NCBI GenBank assembly: GCA_012295275.1
Contig: CM022677.1
Span: forward strand, 5,394,001-5,458,000
Source: Chrysomallon squamiferum
Taxonomy: Eukaryota > Animalia > Mollusca
DNA length: 64,000 bases
Reading direction: 5' to 3'
A model generated the notes under the pieces. It worked only from the letters and a program-made list of their open reading frames with translations, made no database searches and was not told the origin of the DNA. Shown here piece after piece: positions 57,201-64,000 of this stretch. Numbering within the stretch: the first letter of the stretch is position 1; every line of letters starts with the position of its first letter. The translations under genes and the position numbers were made by a program.

Positions 57201-59349
57201 GATGAGTGGCAGAAGACCGTTGGCCATTATCCAGAGCCATTCCTACTCTACGACAATTACTTTGCACATTATCGTAACATTGATAATAAAATTTAAATAA
57301 CCTTCATCCTAACCCTAACCATAACATTCCTTAAACGTAACCCTAACGAAGGAAATGAACTTAATTCTGATGCTAACACCATTTCTAACTGTGCTCTCAG
57401 CTTGAACTTACAGTGGCCTTCAAATGCATGGCCACAACGCCTAAATATATCATATCTTATTTTCCAAGCGTTCGATTATATGATTTTTTTTTATTTTATT
57501 TTATTTATTATCATTTTTAATTCTGTCTCTTGTTCCTTTATTGTTTCGTTCTTTTCATTCTAATTATATTTGTTTTGTTTAATGCTATCATAGTTCATAA
57601 TTTCTATAATAGTTGTAGCTTTCTTTTACATTTTCTTTTGCATGTTTACTCGTTTATTCCTTTCATTTTCTCATCCGTGTTCCACATCCCGCATTGTAAT
57701 ATTACTCTGTAGGGGAAGTGTACGTATACTCATCCTGTGACAGAGCCTCTGATTGTTTGAAAGGTGTTTAGCCACAGCTGTGTGATACCTCGATCGACAT
57801 CATGATTGTTATATTAAAGACAGCGGAAATCAGCTGACGCGAAAAAAACAAAACAAAGAATAAATCTTATTTCAGCCAAGTCAATTTAATTTTTTTGCTA
57901 TTTTTTGTATTTGTGTAGTGGTATATAGATGCATATGTAGGATATATTATATATTTCTAGGTTAGGACGCAGTCTCGGCATATGGGGATGGAGGAAATTC
58001 GCCTACCGAAAAATTAGATGAGGTAAAACAAATGTGTTCCTTTCGGTTCTGTTTCTTAGTAATTTGGTTCATAGAAATGGCTAGACTAGTCTCGATAAAC
58101 CACGATTTTTTGAATATATTTACCTCTGAATGTTTTTTCTTTTACTTCATCTTTTTATTATTATTATTACTTTAAAGAACATTTTTAACTTTAAAGAAAA
58201 ATGAGATGAGTGAAATATTAAAACAATTTCAAATATTTCAAGATATATATTCTAATTATTAAAGGTATTATGTGCATTGTCATTTTGTTTGAATTACCTC
58301 AAGTTTCAGGCTTTATATAACACTTATAATTATTCATCAAAACTAGAAAAAATAAATGCTCTGAAAATTATCTATGAGGAAATTTGTGTTTCCCGTCATG
58401 ACACTTTTTTCTACAGTATAGTTACCACATTCCTTCATAAAACGTGTTAAATGCAAAAGCAAAAATATGATGCTATATAGATGTTGTTGAATAAAACATT
58501 CATTCCTTCTTTTTCTCATTAAAAAATACTATACTTATTATAAACAATAATAGGTTAAAATGTATATAGTAAATTATTATTACTGTTATTGTTGTGTTAT
58601 TATTGCTATTTTTACTATTAATATATATTACTACTATTATTACTACTATTACTACTACTACTATTGTTATTAAGGTTATTAATATTATTGATATTAATTT
58701 TTATCATCGTCATGATTAAAATTGATAAAAATAATTGAAATATCAACAAAAGATAATAAGCAGAAAAAATGTGTTTGTCTGTCAAATGTAGATTGATAAA
58801 AAAAAATCATGTTTTTATTAAAATTAGTAAACTTTATACTTACTACTAATGTTAAATATTTTCAGTAGATCACTTCAGTATCATTGAGGTGCTGCCTAGA
58901 AAGGTAACTTACATCAAGGATGAATCAGCTGTTAGAGAAACCATTCTCATGCATTCTGAGTTGTGAGTTTATTTTATTTTGTGTCTTAGAGACAATTCTT
59001 AATTCACAGTAAAACAGTAATAATAATCAGTCATTTGCTGTTATGTTAATTTTTATTATTATTATTAGTATTAACATTATCATTATAATGCTTTCCTTGG
59101 TGCCATGGGGATTCCCCTAAGTTGTAAATGTGTGTCTGTCTCGGGCAGGTACTACCCGAGTTGACTTGCTCTAGTGGTCAGTATGGGATCTATATATGCT
59201 ATATAATTATAAATACCGTATCACTAGAACAGAACAAACACAAGCAAGTTTAAAAACTGTATTCACATAACATTGAACATTCACTAGTAAAGCATTATTT
59301 TTTTACAATAACAAGAGTTAGGTTGAAATCTATCAGGTCATTTTATTCT

Positions 59350-59478
59350 TCACCCCCCACCAATTTCAGCAATAGCTGGTACTGTAGAATCTATTATAGC
59401 TGATGTCGTTAATTCAACAGATGTATCAAAAGCAAATTCTATTATTTCAGTAGATATAATTCCCAAAGCTGTAAACAT
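59350..59478 (-). pseudogene. Truncated ORF1 of mini-unit C (copy 2)
   Basis: 42-aa reading MFTALGIISTEIIEFAFDTSVELTTSAIIDSTVPAIAEIGGG*. Confidence 0.75.
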
Positions 59479-59839
59479 CCTAACACATCATCAACAAACA
59501 GAAAAATGAAAAATATATACATATAGTTATATTATATATTATATATCACGTGATATTACGGATATGACGTCATACTCTTCAAAATTAAAAATATGGTGGG
59601 GGGGTGAAGAATAAAATGACCTGATAGATTTCAACCTAACTCTTGTTAATGTAAAAAAAAACAAAGTTCCTCATGATCTGGCTTTTGGGCTTTTTGGCCA
59701 TAATGTACTTTTACACTTTTACACCAAAGCTAGAAAGCCAGCTAATAGTGGAACTTTGTTTTTTTAACAGTAAACAAGAGTTTAGTTGAAATCTATCACG
59801 TCTTGATTTTAACACCCACCTTTTTTATTTTGAAGAGTA

Positions 59840-59982
59840 TGACGTCACATATTAATATTTATTTAATATATTGACGTTATTGTAAATAATAATATGATTA
59901 TGACGATATGACGTCATTAATTTAATTTATTATGTTATTAATATATTGACGTCATTATACTTAATATGTTAATATGACGTCA
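59840..59982. promoter_or_regulatory. Cluster of perfect CRE/ATF palindromes (TGACGTCA)
   Basis: TGACGTCA at 59840, 59909, 59947 and 59975, plus 59565 and 62076. Copy 1 has them at 46638, 46912, 46981, 47019, 47047 and 49157. Confidence 0.6.
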
Positions 59983-60202
59983 TTATTTTAATATGACAGA
60001 CGATAAGTAATATTTCGTTATTAATATTAAATAATAAATAACCACAAACAATTAATAACGTTATATATTTATTGATTTAATGATTACATTTTAACAATTA
60101 ATAATCATTTTTAATATTATATTTTATTTATTTAAACATTTATATAAACTTCATAACATTAATAACTTAATTATAGTTTTTAAGTAACGTTTGTATTTCA
60201 GT

Positions 60203-60805
60203 TCAATTGTCTGATTTATGCTTGTTAAAAGATTCAATCTGAGTTTCCAAGATAGTTTGCGTAAACATATCAAGGAAGGGTTGGGTTTCCGGTATGTAAT
60301 ATTTGAATCTTTTTGCTTCAGGAACTTCCGGTTCTCTTCCCACTGTAATGAAGTGTGGATCAATTTCATCATCTGAATTATCATCACGTTTGCGCTTTAA
60401 TCCTTGTGATTGAGAACATTTATCTTTTTGAGATTGCTGTCTTTTAATGAATAGGTCCTGAGATGGATTATATTTCTCGACTTCATCATTGTTATCTTCA
60501 TCACTTGATATGATAACATAATCTATCTTATCTGAGGTTGCTCCACTGATCATTGGATCATCATTTAGAATAGGATGTTGTGTTCCCAAAACAGATCGAC
60601 TATCGTCAAAATTGTCTCGAAAGTAACTGTTTCTGCCTTCAAACGTATTATCATCAATGTTATTATTGTGTTTGTTAAAAAAATATTCTCGATCGTTCTC
60701 TAATGCAATATTAATCTCATCGTCAGTAGGTTCATATCCAACGGTGAACATCTTGGGATGTATGAGATTATATGCATTGTTAAGAGTTTCGCTCTTTTTG
60801 AGATT
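60203..60805 (-). CDS. Unit A downstream ORF, probably 5'-truncated; function unknown (copy 2)
   Basis: 182-aa track ORF 60203-60751, frame open to ~60805. Minus-strand AATAAA at 60123-60128. Confidence 0.6.
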   Translation of the reverse strand, partial: NLKKSETLNNAYNLIHPKMFTVGYEPTDDEINIALENDREYFFNKHNNNIDDNTFEGRNSYFRDNFDDSRSVLGTQHPILNDDPMISGATSDKIDYVIISSDEDNNDEVEKYNPSQDLFIKRQQSQKDKCSQSQGLKRKRDDNSDDEIDPHFITVGREPEVPEAKRFKYYIPETQPFLDMFTQTILETQIESFNKHKSDN

Positions 60806-61651
60806 TTGATTTTATATCCGACAAATTCGTCTGGTAAATTCCAGTCATCTGGCTTAGTACTTGCTTGTTTATACCAATAAGGTATTATATGTCCTCCATG
60901 ATTAAAGGTTAATTTACATACATTAGGATCACCTATAGCTTTTTTCCAATTAGTATTTTCAGTACCATTATCTAATATAGTCATTGTAGCTTTTCTACTC
61001 TTATTAAAATTAATAACAACTAGTAAATGTTCGTTTAAATGTCTTTTTGATCGTTATATATTTAGGATTAGATCCTTTAGTAGTTCCACCAAATCCTTGA
61101 TATAATACGTTGTTACCTGTAGCAGATGCCATTGGAGCACCTTCTACTGCTTCACTACCTCCTGTATCGGTGACTTCTTCATTCATTATTGAATCTGGTT
61201 CCATGACTGATTCATCCGATTGTAGATATGTTCCTTTATAATTAGATCTTTCTAATACAGCTTGAGATATAGTATTAGATAATTGATTATTATTAGGAAT
61301 TTTAGTACTTGATCCACCTTGTGGTTCATCTGTCTGTCTCTTCATGGGTTTACTAGACGACATATTGTTATCTAAAGTGGTTTCCTCTGTATATAAAGGC
61401 GAATCGAAATATTCTTCCTCGTTCGAATCTTCAAAAACGTTATTATTTTCCCGAATATCTTGTATCGCTTGATAGAAACGTTGAGTTGGTATTTGTAAAT
61501 TCGGATATTGACGTCGTAACTGTATCCACCTATCTTGACGTTGATTAACCGGCACATTTAATTCAGCTAACCTAGAGAATGTCTTAGATTTAGCTATAGC
61601 CCAAAGTCTGGTAACTTCTTTCTTGTTGAGCAGACGTTTACCTCTATTCAT
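60805..61651 (-). pseudogene. Unit A capsid (VP)-like gene with a 1-nt insertion (~61019) and 3' deletion (copy 2)
   Basis: Track ORFs 61010-61651 and 60700-60984 join into one protein aligning with unit B VP up to ..DEFVGYKIK, after which similarity stops abruptly. Confidence 0.8.
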
Positions 61652-62005
61652 GAAATTGGAATGTTTCTATATACGTAATTGACGTAGTCGTCTTCTTCTT
61701 GTTCTAGTTCCTCACGTTCTGATTTAGATAATTTATTATCTAAATCTTTACCATCTGAATTAATAAATTCACTAAATTGATTGACAGCTTCTTGTATCTG
61801 ATTTTTAGTAAATGTAGAAATACCTTCTATCGATGATTCTACGACAGATTGTCCAATAGCTGTAGCTGGTTCCAAATATATACTGTCAGCTCCCAATATT
61901 TCGGTAATAGCAGGTACAGTAGATTCTATTATAGCAGATGTAGCTATTTCAACTGAAGCATCAAACGCGTACTCAATAAGCTCAATAACCTAAAGCTGTA
62001 AACAT
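61648..62005 (-). pseudogene. Unit A ORF1 (copy 2)
   Basis: ATG at 62005, 1-nt offset after MFTALG, then open to the TGA overlapping the VP-like ATG. Confidence 0.65.
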
Positions 62006-62111
62006 CCCATCACAACGATAGATTGATCGTAAATAATCAATAAATTATATATATATATAATATTTATAACGTATATGACGTCACATATCTTCAAAATAAA
62101 AAATCAAGACG

Positions 62112-62370
62112 TGATAGATTTCAACTAAACTCTTGTTTACTGTTAAAAAAACAAAGTTCCACTATTAGCTGGCTTTCTAGCTTTTGGCTTTTTGACCATA
62201 ATGCGCTTTTAACCCGAAGGTGATCCGTAGGGTTCAGGCTTCGCCCGAAGGAACGTTATCACCTTCGGGTTAAAAGTACATTATGGTCAAAAAGCCAAAA
62301 GCTAGAAAGCCAGCTAATAGTGGAACTTTGTTTTTTTAACAGTAAACAAGAGTTAGGTAGAAATCTATCA
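62112..62370. repeat. Terminal palindrome, copy 2: 113-bp arms (5 mismatches) around a 33-nt asymmetric GC-rich centre ('flop')
   Basis: Arms 62112-62224 and 62258-62370. Centre ccgtagggttcaggcttcgcccgaaggaacgtt with inner stems cttcg/cgaag and gttc/gaac. Confidence 0.95.
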
Positions 62371-62399
62371 GGTCATGATTTTTTCTTTGAAGAGATGTC

Positions 62400-62475
62400 T
62401 ATATATGTCACGTGATATTGTCATGTGACATATATAGACTATAATAATAGTATTGCGATTAATTATTACTTCAGT
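62400..62475 (+). promoter_or_regulatory. Putative promoter of unit B
   Basis: 16-bp inverted repeat with a CACGTG E-box (62400-62436), TATA-like tataata at 62440, TCAGT initiator-like motif at 62471, ATG at 62502. Confidence 0.45.
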
Positions 62476-62501
62476 CGTCTTCACGTCGTTGTATGTGATA
62501 G

Positions 62502-62846
62502 ATGTTCACAGCGTTAGGTATTGATCGAATACGCTTTCGATGCTTCTGGTGAACTTGCTACATCTGCTATAATAGATTCGACTGCACCAGCTATTACAGA
62601 AATAATAGGAGCTGACAGTTTGTTATTGGAACCAGCTACAGCTATAGGACAGAGTATAGTGGAGTCGTCTGTTGAAGGTATTTCTACATATACTAAAAAC
62701 AAGAGACATTAGATCAATTTGTCGACTTTGTTACACCGGATATAAAGGATATAGACGCTGACGTTTCTCCATCGGAACGACAGCAATTAGAGCAGGAAGA
62801 GGACGAATACGTAACTTACGTATATAGGAATAGTCCGGTTTCATGA
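62502..62846 (+). pseudogene. Unit B ORF1 (acidic; offset after MFTALG and a frameshifting deletion near 62700)
   Basis: MFTALG / LIEYAFDASGELATSAIIDSTAPAITEIIGADSLLLEPATAIGQSIVESSVEGISTYTKN / QETLDQFVDFVTPDIKDIDADVSPSERQQLEQEEDEYVTYVYRNSPVS*. Aligns with unit A ORF1 throughout. Confidence 0.75.
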
Positions 62847-64000
62847 ATAAAGGAAAACGTCTTCTGAATAAAAAGGAAGTGACGAGACTTTGGGCTATAG
62901 CTAAATCCAAAGCATTTTCGATATTATCGGATTTCAATGTCCCATTTGAAGAACGACAAACCAGGTGGCTACAGATCAGACGTCAGTATCCAAATCTACA
63001 AATTCCTAATCAAAATTTCTATCAGGCAATACAGAATCTTAGGGAGAACTATAACGCTGCTGAAGATTCGGACGAAGACGACCCTTTCAGCACCCCTTTA
63101 TACCCAGACGACGACATCAACAACAACCAACAACCAGCAGCAGGGAGAGATATTGAACGATCCGGAAATCAAGATACTAAACCAGCTATGAAACGACAAA
63201 CAAGCGAACCAGCCGGTGGAAGTAATTCTAAAGTTGCTAATAATAACAAGCAACTGTCTCACAGGATATCGCAAGATGTCATAGAACAGTCTAATTCTAA
63301 AGGAACCTATCTTCAGCCTAACGAATCGGTGATGGAACCCGATTCGATTATGAACGAAAAGGTAACAGATACAGGAGGAAGTGAGGCTGTCGAAGGTGCT
63401 CCGATCGCTTCGGCTACAGGTAATAATGTTTTGTACCAAGGATTTGGAGGATGTACTAAAGGAGCTGATCCCCGATATATAACGATAAAAAAGACATTTA
63501 AACGAACATTTACGAGTACCATTAATTTTACTAAAACCAGAAAGGCTATTATGAAAATATTAGATAATGATACGGATGATGTAAATTGGAAAAAAGCTAT
63601 AGGTGATCCTAATGTTTGTGAATTAACGTTTAATCACGGTGGTCATATTACACCCTATTGGTATAAACAGGCCAGCACCAGACCAGATGACTGGAATTTA
63701 CCCGATGATTTTGTTGGATATAAAATAAAACGATTTGGTTTCAATATAAACAATATGATTATACATGTATTAAATAATAATAAATCAGATCCGAATGAGG
63801 TACCAGTAATGGCACCTCCAAATTCACGTGTGTGGACGTTCACCGATATCTATAATGATTATGGTCCACCGGAGAAGAATTTAAACCTATCTCACAACCA
63901 TTATTTTAGAGATGAGGAATGTATGGATAGTACTAGTCTTAGGAGTATACCAGTTCAACCCGATCGTAAACTGTATCTGCCCAGTGACGTAGGAATGCAA
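62843..64000 (+). CDS. Unit B parvovirus-like capsid protein (VP), open to the window end (386 codons, 3'-partial)
   Basis: Manual translation shows no stop: MNKGKRLLNKKEVTRLWAIAKSKAFS..GGSEAVEGAPIASATGNNVLYQGFGG..YITIKKTFKRTFTSTINF..FNHGGHITPYWYKQASTRPDDWNLPDDFVGYKIKRFGFNINNMIIH..APPNSRVWTFTDIYNDYG.. A disordered N-terminus, Gly-rich linker and strand/helix pattern resemble hamaparvovirus-type jelly-roll capsids. No PLA2 motif seen. Confidence 0.75.
   Translation, partial: MNKGKRLLNKKEVTRLWAIAKSKAFSILSDFNVPFEERQTRWLQIRRQYPNLQIPNQNFYQAIQNLRENYNAAEDSDEDDPFSTPLYPDDDINNNQQPAAGRDIERSGNQDTKPAMKRQTSEPAGGSNSKVANNNKQLSHRISQDVIEQSNSKGTYLQPNESVMEPDSIMNEKVTDTGGSEAVEGAPIASATGNNVLYQGFGGCTKGADPRYITIKKTFKRTFTSTINFTKTRKAIMKILDNDTDDVNWKKAIGDPNVCELTFNHGGHITPYWYKQASTRPDDWNLPDDFVGYKIKRFGFNINNMIIHVLNNNKSDPNEVPVMAPPNSRVWTFTDIYNDYGPPEKNLNLSHNHYFRDEECMDSTSLRSIPVQPDRKLYLPSDVGMQ

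Larger units (their letters stand above)
52784..62515 (+). repeat. ~9.7-kb direct segmental duplication, copy 2
   Basis: Matches 39878-49583. Confidence 0.95.
59298..64000. mobile_element. Endogenous parvovirus/densovirus-like element, copy 2: concatemer of units C (59298-~59715), A (~59725-62224, minus) and B (62258->64000, plus)
   Basis: Unit A has matching inverted ends (59726-59810 versus 62099-62184). Unit C has inverted ends (59298-59362 versus 59594-59660). A and B are joined by a 259-bp palindrome. Paralogous ORF1 and VP-like genes diverge from it. Confidence 0.85.

Noticed and set aside
63098-63843. Minus-strand ORFs within unit B suggesting an ambisense genome
   Set aside because: They are short, not conserved as ORFs in unit A, and are explained as shadows of the plus-strand VP-like frame.
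59298-64000. Element as a cut-and-paste transposon, Polinton or bidnavirus
   Set aside because: No transposase, integrase or protein-primed polymerase motifs are present, and the imperfect fold-back centre with two orientations fits parvoviral termini better.

Overview
AT-rich, microsatellite-dense eukaryotic (invertebrate-like animal) genomic DNA with two 200-N gaps (10154-10353, 49584-49783). Most short ORFs in the supplied track are noise. The left two-thirds holds decayed host-gene copies: two intron-containing MCC-like pseudogene copies and an intronless prolyl 4-hydroxylase alpha remnant with one stop. It also has one apparently intact Topors-type RING gene and remnants of pogo-like and Mutator-like DNA transposons. 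The main feature is an endogenous parvovirus/densovirus-like element present twice (46371-49583 and 59298-64000) inside a ~9.7 kb direct duplication. It is a chain of three paralogous units sharing inverted terminal sequences: a ~0.4 kb mini-unit, a ~2.5 kb internally deleted unit, and a unit whose capsid-like ORF (62843 to window end, 386 codons, missing from the ORF track) is open. The two larger units are joined head-to-head through a complete palindrome. Its 33-nt asymmetric centre lies in opposite orientations in the two copies, as in parvoviral flip/flop termini. No NS1/Rep gene is visible in the window. Family assignments come from recalled motifs and have not been checked by database search.
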